Shown: positions 53,450 to 62,456 of the stretch, piece by piece | Numbering within the stretch: the stretch's first letter is position 1 | Layout: each line of letters begins with the position of its first letter | Assembly: GCA_046593925.1 (NCBI GenBank) | Contig: JBKJQN010000082.1 | Location: 126 to 64,125, forward strand | Direction of reading: 5' to 3' | DNA: 64,000 bases | Origin: Mycobacteriales bacterium | GTDB lineage: Bacteria > Actinomycetota > Actinomycetes > Mycobacteriales > SCTD01 | Made by a program: the position numbers and the translations under genes | Notes under the pieces: generated by a model | The model's input: the letters and a program-made list of their open reading frames with translations, nothing else | Told to the model about the DNA's origin: nothing | The model's database searches: none

Positions 53450-53782
53450 TCAGGCCACGGCTCCGTCGGACTGCTGCGCGACTTCGAAGGCCCAGATCGT
53501 GCTGCCGGTCGCCGCCGGTCGCTGCCCCTCCGGTCGCCCGCTGGCCTGCGCGTGGCTCTGCCCGAACGACTGCGACTCCCGCCACGCGGCGAAGTCGGCC
53601 TCGCTGCGCCACCGGGTGTACACGAGGTAGTCCTCGGTGCCCTCGATCGGCCGGAGCAGCTCGAAGTGCTCGAAGCCGGGCGCCGAGTCGACCGAACCCT
53701 GGCGCGCCGCGAAGCGCTCCTCCAGGGTGCCGCCGGCGCCCGCCGACACGGTCAGGACGTTGATGGCGACGTACGCGGCCAC
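53450..53782 (-). CDS. antibiotic-biosynthesis-monooxygenase (ABM) fold protein
   Basis: GGAGG lies upstream of GTG 53782. The product is VAAYVAINVLTV...GFEHFELLRP...YLVYTRWRSEADFAAW. Confidence 0.75.
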   Translation of the reverse strand: MAAYVAINVLTVSAGAGGTLEERFAARQGSVDSAPGFEHFELLRPIEGTEDYLVYTRWRSEADFAAWRESQSFGQSHAQASGRPEGQRPAATGSTIWAFEVAQQSDGAVA

Positions 53783-53916
53783 AGGGCCCTCCTCGATGCA
53801 GGTTGTCCGCTGACCCTGCCACGCCGAGCCGTCAGGTGCTGTGCGCCAGGGGCCGGGCCACCGGACCTGACGCCCCGAGGTGTGGGCCGCGGCCACCGGT
53901 GGCAGGCTCGACAGCA

Positions 53917-54753
53917 ATGAGCGCGCAGACCGAGCAGGACGCCGACCCCGGACTGTACGGCCCCGACAGCGTGACCTGGCGCGTCCACGCCGACCCCTCG
54001 ATGGCGCTGGCCGGGCTGCGCGCCCTGCTGCTGCAGGCTGTGCACCCGGTGGCGATGCACGGCGTGTTCGCAAACAGCAGCTTCCGGGGCGACCCGTGGG
54101 GCCGGCTGCTGCGCACCGCGGAGTACGTCGCGGTCACCGCGTACGGAACGACCCGGGAGGCCCAGCGTGCCGGCGCCCGGGTGCGCGGTATCCACCGCAA
54201 GCTGTCCGGCATCGAGCCGGTCAGCGGTACGGCGTACCGCGTCGACGACCCGGAGCTGCTGCTGTGGGTGCACTGCTGCGAGGTGGAGTCGTTCCTGAGC
54301 ACCGCCGTCCGGTGCGGTCTGCGGCTGAGCGCGGCCGAGCAGGACGGCTACTACGCCGAGCAGATCCGGGGCGCGGCACTGCTCGGTCTGAGCCCCTCAG
54401 CAGTACCCGGGTCGGTGACCGAGATGGCCGACTACTTCGCCGGGATGCGGCCCCAGCTGCGGGTCGGCGCCGACGCACGGGGCGCCGCGCAGTTCATCGT
54501 CTGGCCGCCGATGCCCGCCCTGGTGCAGCTCGGCACCCCGGCGCGACCGGTTTGGGTAGCCCTGGCTACCGCCTCGTTCGCGATGCTGCCGCGCTGGGCC
54601 CGACGGCTGTACCGACTGCCGGGCCTGCCCACGACCGATCTCGCCGCGACCGCAGCGGGCGTGGCCTTCCGGAACGGCCTGCTGGTCGTCCCGGGCCGGC
54701 TGCGAAACGGGCCGCACCTGAAAGCCGCCCAGGAGCGGGTCGGCCTGCGCTAG
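53917..54753 (+). CDS. oxygenase MpaB-family / DUF2236 protein
   Basis: From ATG 53917 the product has GPDSVTWRVHADPSMALAGLRALLLQAVHPVAM and RVRGIHRKLSG. Confidence 0.8.
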   Translation: MSAQTEQDADPGLYGPDSVTWRVHADPSMALAGLRALLLQAVHPVAMHGVFANSSFRGDPWGRLLRTAEYVAVTAYGTTREAQRAGARVRGIHRKLSGIEPVSGTAYRVDDPELLLWVHCCEVESFLSTAVRCGLRLSAAEQDGYYAEQIRGAALLGLSPSAVPGSVTEMADYFAGMRPQLRVGADARGAAQFIVWPPMPALVQLGTPARPVWVALATASFAMLPRWARRLYRLPGLPTTDLAATAAGVAFRNGLLVVPGRLRNGPHLKAAQERVGLR

Positions 54754-54792
54754 CCCGGACGGGCGCTGACCCGTTGGCCACGACCCCCAGCG

Positions 54793-54868
54793 CCTCCCCT
54801 TTGTGAGTGCACTTCCCCTTCCGTAGAGCGCTCCAGGTGGGCTGCGGGGTGCACTGTCAAAGGGGAGG
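54793..54868. terminator. 20-bp-arm inverted repeat between convergent genes
   Basis: cctcccctttgtgagtgcac (54793-54812) pairs with gtgcactgtcaaaggggagg (54849-54868), 18 of 20 with a 36-nt loop. Confidence 0.4.
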
Positions 54869-54881
54869 CGTGGCCCGCGGC

Positions 54882-56123
54882 TCACCAACTGCCGCCACCG
54901 CCGCCGCCACCGCCGCCCCAGTCGCCGCCGCCCCCGCCGCCCCAGTCGCCGCCACCACCGCCCCAGTCGCTACCGCCACCACCACCGGCATCGCGGGCGT
55001 CATCGACGCCCTGCTCATAGCCGCGCCCGTAGCCGCCGCCCCCGAAGCCGCCGCCGAGGCCTCCGGAGAGCACGCTGCCCAGCAGCATGGTTTCCCAGAA
55101 TGGGACGCCGTACCAGCCGCCGGGGACCACCCGGCCGCCAAGGTTGCCGCCGCCGAAATAGTGCTGGCGGCCAGGGGAGTACGTCGGACTGCCGTCGTAC
55201 TCCTGGTCGCCGACCTGGACCCGCTGCGCCGCCTGCAGCTGCGGGCCGCTGCCGGGGGGCGGCGGAATCTCCGGGCCGGGGTCGACGCCCAGGCGGGTAC
55301 GGACCAGCCGGGCCGCGGTCAGCCCCTCGACGACGGTACGACGGGCCGCCTCGAACTCGCCGGGGGTGTCGGACTGCGCGAGCAGCGCCCCGGTTGCGGT
55401 GTAGCGCTCGGAGGCGTCGGCCAGCGCCTGCCGCGTGACGGGGTCGTCGCCCGGTGAGAGGTTCGAGACGTCGGCGCCGAGCCGGTTGTAGAGCGACTCG
55501 ACGTCGGCCCGCGCGCCCTCGTTCGCCCGCTGCCGACTCCGGCGGGACCGGGCGTATAGCAGCCCGCCGCCGCCGAGCCCCAACACCGCGAGGACACCGA
55601 TGACCGCGAGACCGCCACCACCGCCGCTGCTGCCGCTGCCACCGCCCCCCGAGCCCGAGGGACCGTTCGCGGCTGAGCTCGCGGCCTGCTGGATGCTCTT
55701 GACGAGCGCATCGGTGGTGTTGCCACCGGAATTGGCGGCTGCGATCCGGCCGGCGGCGCCGCTGCTGAGGCCACTGCTGCCGCCGGCGCCACCGGCCAGC
55801 GTCGTGCCCGAGACGGTGAACAGGATCGCGTCCGCGCCGAGCTGCCGGCCGATCGCGACCGTCAGCTGCGACGGCCCGCCATTGGCGGAGGCAGCGGCCG
55901 CGGGCAGCACCGCGACGTAGATCGGCCGGCGGGCAGAGCTGATCTCACTGCGCAGCCGGCCCTCGTCGACACGCGCAGTCGCCTGGGGGTCGACGTAAAC
56001 CGGATTGGACAGCAGCGCCCGCGCGACGTCGCCGGTGTTGGCGGCCGAGGCGGTGCCCGCGAGCAGGAGCAGGCCGGCCAAGGCCAGCAGGAGGGTCGCC
56101 GCGATCGAGCGGGTGCGCGTCAT
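54882..56123 (-). CDS. membrane protein, secreted N-terminal domain, one TM, C-terminal Gly/Trp repeat tail (Rv3212-region-like)
   Basis: It has a signal peptide (LLLALAGLLLLAGTASA), a mid TM (LAVIGVLAVLGLGGGGLLY) and the tail GGGGSDWGGGGGDWGGGGGGDWGGGGGGGGGSW. Confidence 0.75.
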   Translation of the reverse strand: MTRTRSIAATLLLALAGLLLLAGTASAANTGDVARALLSNPVYVDPQATARVDEGRLRSEISSARRPIYVAVLPAAAASANGGPSQLTVAIGRQLGADAILFTVSGTTLAGGAGGSSGLSSGAAGRIAAANSGGNTTDALVKSIQQAASSAANGPSGSGGGGSGSSGGGGGLAVIGVLAVLGLGGGGLLYARSRRSRQRANEGARADVESLYNRLGADVSNLSPGDDPVTRQALADASERYTATGALLAQSDTPGEFEAARRTVVEGLTAARLVRTRLGVDPGPEIPPPPGSGPQLQAAQRVQVGDQEYDGSPTYSPGRQHYFGGGNLGGRVVPGGWYGVPFWETMLLGSVLSGGLGGGFGGGGYGRGYEQGVDDARDAGGGGGSDWGGGGGDWGGGGGGDWGGGGGGGGGSW

Positions 56124-56169
56124 GGCGGCAGTGTCCCCCCTCGAGCCAGAGCCCCCGGAACAAGGCGGG

Positions 56170-56787
56170 CTAGGACGAGCGGGCGAACCCGATGACCGCG
56201 TCGGCGACGAGCTGGACGGCGATGGCCAACAGCAGCAGGCCCGAGATGCGGGTCAGCAGCAGGATGCCGGCCTCCTTGAGGACCTTGGTGATCCCGACGC
56301 TGAAGCGCAGGGCCAGGTAGACCGCCAGGTGGATGGCGACGATGCCGGCGGCGATCGCGGTGTAGTCGCCGAGGTGCTGCGCCTGCTGCACGAACACGAT
56401 GGTGGCGACGATCGCGCCGGGACCGGCCAGCAGCGGGGTGCCGAGCGGGACGAGCGCGACGTTGACGTCCTTGACCTCGCTCGGGTCTTCGCCGTTGTCG
56501 GTCAGCAGTTCCAGCGCGACGATCAGCAGCAGCAGGCCACCGGCGCCCTGCAGGGCGGGTACGCCGATGTGCAGGTAGCCCAGGATCTGCTGGCCCAGCA
56601 CCGCGAACAGCGAGATGACGAACAACGAGACGAGCACCGCCTGTCCGGCCAGCCTTCGACGGGTTTTCGGCGTACGTCCGCCGGTGAGCCCGAGGAACAG
56701 CGGGATCGACCCGAGCGGGTCCATGATCACCACCAGGGTCACGAAGACCTCGCCGAAGGTCTTGGCGACGAAGACGTTCTGACTCAT
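56170..56787 (-). CDS. MarC-family (UPF0056) membrane protein
   Basis: The 205-aa polytopic ORF has IMDPLGSIPLFL and PLGTPLLAGPGAI. Confidence 0.85.
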   Translation of the reverse strand: MSQNVFVAKTFGEVFVTLVVIMDPLGSIPLFLGLTGGRTPKTRRRLAGQAVLVSLFVISLFAVLGQQILGYLHIGVPALQGAGGLLLLIVALELLTDNGEDPSEVKDVNVALVPLGTPLLAGPGAIVATIVFVQQAQHLGDYTAIAAGIVAIHLAVYLALRFSVGITKVLKEAGILLLTRISGLLLLAIAVQLVADAVIGFARSS

Positions 56788-57635
56788 CCCGTCACGACCG
56801 GCGCGCCGGTAGCCCGGTCGACGAGCTGCTCGTAGGTCGCCTCGTCGGTGGTGCGCGCGCCGAGCGCCACCGCCTTGTTGCCGCCGTGGAAGTCGCTGCT
56901 GCCCGTGACGAGCAGCCCCAGCTCGGCTGCCAGCCCGAGCAGGTGCGCGCGGGTCCGGTCGTCGTGGTCGACGTGGTCGACCTCCAGGCCGGCCAGTCCG
57001 ACGGCAGCAAGATCGGCGTACACCTCGTCAGGGACGGTCCGGCCGCGGGCTGCCGCACCGGGGTGCGCAAAGACACTGACCCCGCCGGCGACGGCCACCA
57101 TACGTACCGCGTCGATGACGTCCAGCTCGAGCTTGCCGGCCCAGTGTCGACCGCCAGTGCCGATCCACTCCGGCGTGAACGCGTCGGCGACGGTGGGGAC
57201 GAGACCCTGCTCGACGAGCGCCTGCGCGACGTGCGGACGCCCCACGGTGCCGGCGGCGAGCACGGCCACCTGCTCCCACGTCACGCCGGTGCCGGCGGCC
57301 GCCAGCGAAGCGACCATCCGCTCCGCCCGGCTGCGGCGGCTCTCGCGCAGCTCGCGCCGGGCCCCGGCGAACACCGGCTCGTGCCGGTCGAACAGGTACC
57401 CCAGCAGGTGCAGGCTGATCCCTTCGCTGACGCAGCTGATCTCTGCACCGGATACCAGCGTGAGCCCCGCCGGGAGCGCGGCCGCCGCAGCGCCGATCCC
57501 GGCGGTGGTGTCGTGGTCGGTCAGCGCGACGACGTCGAGCCCGGCCTCCCGGGCCTGCTCGACGAGCTGCCTGGGCGGGGTCGTGCCGTCGGACGCTGTC
57601 GAGTGGGTGTGCAGGTCGATCCGGCGGGCGGACAG
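56784..57635 (-). CDS. PHP-domain metal-dependent phosphoesterase; proposed CTG start
   Basis: The track ORF starts only at GTG 57374. The same frame is open upstream and encodes RIDLHTHSTASDGTTPPRQLVEQAREAGLDVVALTDHDT, which includes the essential PHP His motif. AGGAG (57647-57643) lies 7 nt before CTG 57635. Confidence 0.7.
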   Translation of the reverse strand: MSARRIDLHTHSTASDGTTPPRQLVEQAREAGLDVVALTDHDTTAGIGAAAAALPAGLTLVSGAEISCVSEGISLHLLGYLFDRHEPVFAGARRELRESRRSRAERMVASLAAAGTGVTWEQVAVLAAGTVGRPHVAQALVEQGLVPTVADAFTPEWIGTGGRHWAGKLELDVIDAVRMVAVAGGVSVFAHPGAAARGRTVPDEVYADLAAVGLAGLEVDHVDHDDRTRAHLLGLAAELGLLVTGSSDFHGGNKAVALGARTTDEATYEQLVDRATGAPVVTG

Positions 57636-58105
57636 GGCGGTGCTCCTACGGGCGGGGGTGGCCTGCCAGGGTAGAGGCCCCGCGAGCGTCCGGCGGGTAT
57701 GCCGTCCGGCACGCTCCCGCCGCTGGTGCGACGCCTCAGTTCACCGGCTCGGCTGCCTCGCGACCAGCTGTACGGGGAACTCGCGGACGGTCGGTGGTGT
57801 AGGCGACCGGGTGGTCGACGTACCCGGCGTGTCCGCCTGCCACATGTACGAGGGTGGTGTTCGGCCGGCGGTGCGCCATCTGCTCCCGGCAGCCGGCGAT
57901 CCGCGGCAGCGCCGCCGGCCCGCCCGCCCTGCCTGAGCCACACCGAGCACGACACCCTGGCCGGCGGGACCGAGTACGGCCGGGCCGTCGAGGGCCTCGA
58001 CACGTACCGCTGCACCCCGCAGCTGCACCGGCCAGGTCTCGTGATCGGCCATCCCAGCCCACCTCAGCACGCCGCCCGGCCGACGCTGATGGCCCTTCGC
58101 GGGGC

Positions 58106-59731
58106 CTACACGCAGCCGGCGAGCTTGAAGCTGGCGATACGGGTGCTCCAGTTGAACGTGCCGCTGGCTTTGAGGTACTCGCTGGTGTACCAGAAGGTGC
58201 AGTCATCGACGGGGTCGACGGTCATCGCGCTGTAGTCCCCCCAGCGGGCCAGGTTCGCCAGCTGCGACCCGCCACCTTCGACGATCGAGTTTTCAGCCTG
58301 CATGGTGCTGGGCGTGTCGGTGGCGAGCCGGCCGGTGTACCGGATCGCGGGGTGGATGGTGGAGCTGGAGGCGCTGTAGCCCATCGCCATGTTGCCGGCC
58401 TTGTCCATCGCGACCGACCCCATCCACCGCGATGTGGTGGTGTCCGGGGCGAAGGTGCTCTGCTGAACCACCGTCGGGGTGGTGGCTGGCTGCTGGATCT
58501 CGTACCAGCGGACACCGTCGACCTCAGCGCGTTTGGTCCCGCCGGTCTTGACGCTGTGGTTGACCACCAGCGACTCGTGGCCGTCGGCGAAGTGCCGGTA
58601 GGCCAGTCGGTACATCAACCGGTCGGCCAGGGAGTCCAGCTTCTGCGCTGTCCCGGACTGCGGTATGCAGGTCCGGCCGCCGCAGGCCGCGGTGAACGCC
58701 GCGACCGGCACCGACGTCGGACCGGTCAGGGTGCTGCTGGCCGGGGTGGTGAAGTCGGCGTGGAACTTCCACAGGTTCAGCGCGTTGCTGCCGAAGTTCA
58801 GCTGGTAGTTCGGGCTGCCCGCGGGAGGGGCGGTGGTGCCGTCCAGGTCGGAGGGGAGCAGGCCACCGTAGGCGTTGCTGAGCTGGAAGCAGACCTGCAC
58901 CGCGGCAGCCCCGGTGAGCATCTTCGTCCGGTCCAGCGAGCAGGTCTTGGCGCCGGCGAAGGTGTTGCCATTAAAGATGTTGTAGGTGAGGTAGTAGCCG
59001 TCGGACCAGACCCCGAGCTTGGGGTAATCGTTGAACTGCGTGCTGCCGTAGGAGAACGCGTATCGGTTGTAGGTGCCGGTGGCGTCGGAGGTGGCGGAGA
59101 CCGCCACGCACTGCAGGTAGCCGTAGGTGCTCGGGTTGGTGACCGAGAACTGGGTCAGCACCCAGCGTCCGGCGGCCTTGTCGTACTGGGCGATCGGGTC
59201 GCCGTCGTTGTTGGCTTCGCAGCCGCCACCGAACCCGGTCCACAGCGTGTTCCCGGCCTTGGGGAAACCAGGTGCGATCGCGCCGGTGCTCTTGTCGAAC
59301 ACCGCGAACGACTCGTTGACCCACTGCACGTACTGCGTCGCGCCGACCGCTCCGCTGGTGTCCGGCGGCGCTGAGTTCGGCGTGAAGCCGTAGTCGCCGT
59401 TACCGACCCCGGCGAAGCTCAGCCCGTTGGTGGCGGCGATCTGGGTGGTGGTGCTGGTCTGCACGGCGGGGTCGGGGGCGCCGGTGCTCGGCGCGATCGG
59501 CAGGATCCGGCGGGGACGCTCACGCTGAACGGTGCTGCGGTGCGTGGACGGCAGGTCGCGCAGCGGCCGGGACACGTCATGGTGCGCGGCAGGGCTGACT
59601 TCGGGTTGGCCGCCGCCGCCGCCGCCGCCGCCGGCTGCCGCGGATGTGCTGGGGGAGTTGATGAACAGCACCGCCGCCGAGGCGGCCACGGACAGGGCAA
59701 CAAACACGCGGAACGTACGCCGGACCGGCAT
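58106..59731 (-). CDS. secreted hypothetical protein (about 540 aa), compositionally atypical
   Basis: From ATG 59731 the signal peptide is MPVRRTFRVFVALSVAASAAVLFINSPSTSAAA, followed by a Gly8 tract. The mature part is rich in Asn/Thr/Ser/Tyr and has several Cys. The DNA is visibly more A/T-rich than its neighbours. Confidence 0.75.
   Translation of the reverse strand: MPVRRTFRVFVALSVAASAAVLFINSPSTSAAAGGGGGGGGQPEVSPAAHHDVSRPLRDLPSTHRSTVQRERPRRILPIAPSTGAPDPAVQTSTTTQIAATNGLSFAGVGNGDYGFTPNSAPPDTSGAVGATQYVQWVNESFAVFDKSTGAIAPGFPKAGNTLWTGFGGGCEANNDGDPIAQYDKAAGRWVLTQFSVTNPSTYGYLQCVAVSATSDATGTYNRYAFSYGSTQFNDYPKLGVWSDGYYLTYNIFNGNTFAGAKTCSLDRTKMLTGAAAVQVCFQLSNAYGGLLPSDLDGTTAPPAGSPNYQLNFGSNALNLWKFHADFTTPASSTLTGPTSVPVAAFTAACGGRTCIPQSGTAQKLDSLADRLMYRLAYRHFADGHESLVVNHSVKTGGTKRAEVDGVRWYEIQQPATTPTVVQQSTFAPDTTTSRWMGSVAMDKAGNMAMGYSASSSTIHPAIRYTGRLATDTPSTMQAENSIVEGGGSQLANLARWGDYSAMTVDPVDDCTFWYTSEYLKASGTFNWSTRIASFKLAGCV
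59609..59632. repeat. (GCC)8 trinucleotide repeat encoding Gly8
   Basis: There are eight perfect gcc units on the + strand, inside the secreted-protein gene just after the signal peptide. Confidence 0.95.
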
Positions 59732-60575
59732 GGGGTGTCCTGTCCTGAGAAGGGATGTCCGCACCGTAGACCTGTCGGGGCGCTGGGGAACGGCTCGCGC
59801 ACTGCCGCCCCGGTGCGCCCAGGCGCGGCCCGCCGCCCCTGGGCGTTCGACGGGCGCGAGTGGCGGAACATTTCTGCGTCGAGCCGGTGCGGCGCAGGGC
59901 GACCGTCCCACATCGCCCTCACCGCAGCCCACGTCGAGCGCCCGGCCGGGCGGCCCGATTCATTGGCGCCGCAGGCGTGGCGTGACCCCCGAGATGCGCT
60001 CCCGACTGATGGAACCGCAGCCCGGGCAGCTCGATGTCGACACCGACGTGACGAACGACATCGCGGTCGGCTGGGCACGGCTGCGCCTGGACCGGACAGG
60101 GCTGCTCGCGCTGCACGCCTGCCCGTACGCCCCGGGCCCGGAGCTGCCCACCGAGCCCGGCTTCCGCACCGAGGTTGCAGCGCGCCGAGCCTGTCCGCCG
60201 GACGAGGTGCGGCAGGCGGGCAGGTCGTCAACCGGCCGGAAGGTGTCGCGCAGCCAGCCGAGGAGTGCCGCGACGGCGCGCTGTACGTCCTGGGGATGCG
60301 CGGCGTCACGAGCATCGCCTGGGCGCTGCTCACGAGCCCGTCCATCGTGGCATCGCCGTTGCCTCCTACCGGTACGCCCGGCCCGGTAGGAGGCGTGGCG
60401 TGGGTGCTCGACAGCTCCTCGGTGCCGTCGACTGGCGCCGGCGCCGGGGCGAGTCGTGGCAGCCGCGGGCCGGGGCGCCGCCGGTGCGCGGGGCCACCGG
60501 CATCGACCGCGACGCGGTCTTCCTCGTCCCGGTGCGCCCCGGTCCGGACGGCGCGCGAGCGTGCCGTCAAACGGC

Positions 60576-62456
60576 TCAGCCGGCCAGCCCCCGCAGGAAG
60601 GCGGCGGCCAGCGGCGCGGCGACGGTCCCGCCGAAGCCGCCGTCCTCGACGAGCACCGCGAAGGCGACATCGCCCTGGTAGCCGGCGAACCACGCGTGTG
60701 TACGCGGCGGGACCTGCACCCCGAACTCCCCGGTGCCGGTCTTGCCGCCGACCGGGCCGCCGGGCACCCCGCCGAGCGCGGTGCCGGTGCCGGACGTGAC
60801 CACCAGCCGGGTCAGCTCCTGCAGGACAGCGGCCTGTGGCAGCGCCGGCCCTGGGGACGCCGCTGGGCTCGCGGCGAGCAGCCGCGGCAGGTGCAGCTGC
60901 CCGCTCGCGACGGTGGCCGCGCTGACCGCGACCGCCAGCGGGCTGGCCAGCACCTTGCCTTGGCCGATCATGTCGGCGGCGTGCTCGACCGGATCCTGCG
61001 AGGCCGGGACGTCGCCCCCGCTCGCTCCGACCCCCAGGTCGTACGCCGAATAGCCGACGTCGGTGGCGGCCTGCTGCAGCTGCGCCCCGCTGACCCGGCC
61101 GGCGCTGCCGATGAACGCGGTGTTGCAGGACTTCGCGAAGTCGGTACGGAACGGCGCGTCGCCGAGCTGCTCGGCCTCGGCGTTCTTGAACTGCCGGCCC
61201 GACACCGTGACCGTCGCCGGGCAGGCGACCGTCTCATCCGCCGTCAGCCCCTGCCGCAGCAGCGCCAGGGTCGAGGCGATCTTGAACGTGGAGCCCGGCG
61301 GGTAGCGGCCGGTGAGCGCGCGGTCGGCGCCCGGCCCGTCCGGGCCCGCGTTGGCGACGGCGAGCACGTCACCCGTGCTGGGCTGCAGGACGACCAGCGC
61401 TGCGGCCTTGCCGGCAGGCGCGCCCGCAACCGCGGCGTCGGCGACCTGCTGTACCCGCGGGTCCAGGGTGAGCTGCACGGCCGTCCCCGGCACCGGCGCC
61501 GTCGTCTGCAGTACCTGCGCCGCTGCGCCCTGCGCGTCTACCGACTCGACGACCAGCCCGGGGGTCCCGCCGAGCTGGGTGTCGAACTGGCGCTGCAGCC
61601 CGGACAGCCCGACGCTCTGCTCTCCCCGCACCCGGCCACCGCTCGCCGCAACGAGCTCGGCGGTGGCCGGCCCCACACTGCCGAGCAGTGCGCGGGCGAA
61701 GGCGGTCGTGGGGGCCAGCTGGCGTACGCCCTCCCGCAGCACGACTCCCGCGATCGGGCGCAGCCGGTCGCGCAGGGCGTCGTACGCGTCACGGCGCAGC
61801 GTCACGACCTCGACGAACGCGTCGGGCGCCGCGGCCTTCGCCCGGGTCAGCAGCCCGGCGGCGTCCACGGTCGTCACGGCGGCGACCTGCCGCACGGTCG
61901 CAGCGAGGTCGGGGGACCTCGACGGCTGCAGGCCGACGGTCACGACCGGCCGGTCGGTGACGATCGCTGCACCCGCGCGGTCGGTGACGGGTGCCCGTGG
62001 TGCCTGCAGGACCCGGGACCGGAGCACCCGGCCGGGCCCGAGCGACGGGTGCACCACGGCGGGCGCCAGGACCGGCCGCCACACGTCGCCGGTCCGGCGC
62101 AGGGCCAGTCGGGCGGCGTACTGCCACGGCACGCCCAGCTCCCACCGCACGTCGAGGTCGGCGGTCGCGCTGCCGCCCTGACGCGTCACCGTCCGCACCG
62201 AGACCTGCGCCGGCCGGTCGTCGGGGGCCGGCGTCAGGCCGGCGGTGAACGCCGCGACCTGTCCGGCCGGGTCCGCGCCACTCGAGGGATCCCAGCCCAG
62301 CGTGGCCAGCGTGCCACCGGTCCAGGCGGCGGCGAACGCCTGCGCAGCCCGGGTGTCACCGTCGTCGGGACCGCCGAGCAGCCGGGGCAGCTGCCATACC
62401 GCGAGGGCCAGCACGGCGGCGACAGCGACGCCGCCCACGACGACGCGACGGCGCAC
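60576..62456 (-). CDS. class B penicillin-binding protein (transpeptidase) with NTF2-like N-terminal domain
   Basis: It has an N-terminal TM plus SxxK (GSTFKIAS), SxN (KSCNTAF) and KTG (GGKTGTGE). Confidence 0.9.
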   Translation of the reverse strand: MRRRVVVGGVAVAAVLALAVWQLPRLLGGPDDGDTRAAQAFAAAWTGGTLATLGWDPSSGADPAGQVAAFTAGLTPAPDDRPAQVSVRTVTRQGGSATADLDVRWELGVPWQYAARLALRRTGDVWRPVLAPAVVHPSLGPGRVLRSRVLQAPRAPVTDRAGAAIVTDRPVVTVGLQPSRSPDLAATVRQVAAVTTVDAAGLLTRAKAAAPDAFVEVVTLRRDAYDALRDRLRPIAGVVLREGVRQLAPTTAFARALLGSVGPATAELVAASGGRVRGEQSVGLSGLQRQFDTQLGGTPGLVVESVDAQGAAAQVLQTTAPVPGTAVQLTLDPRVQQVADAAVAGAPAGKAAALVVLQPSTGDVLAVANAGPDGPGADRALTGRYPPGSTFKIASTLALLRQGLTADETVACPATVTVSGRQFKNAEAEQLGDAPFRTDFAKSCNTAFIGSAGRVSGAQLQQAATDVGYSAYDLGVGASGGDVPASQDPVEHAADMIGQGKVLASPLAVAVSAATVASGQLHLPRLLAASPAASPGPALPQAAVLQELTRLVVTSGTGTALGGVPGGPVGGKTGTGEFGVQVPPRTHAWFAGYQGDVAFAVLVEDGGFGGTVAAPLAAAFLRGLAG

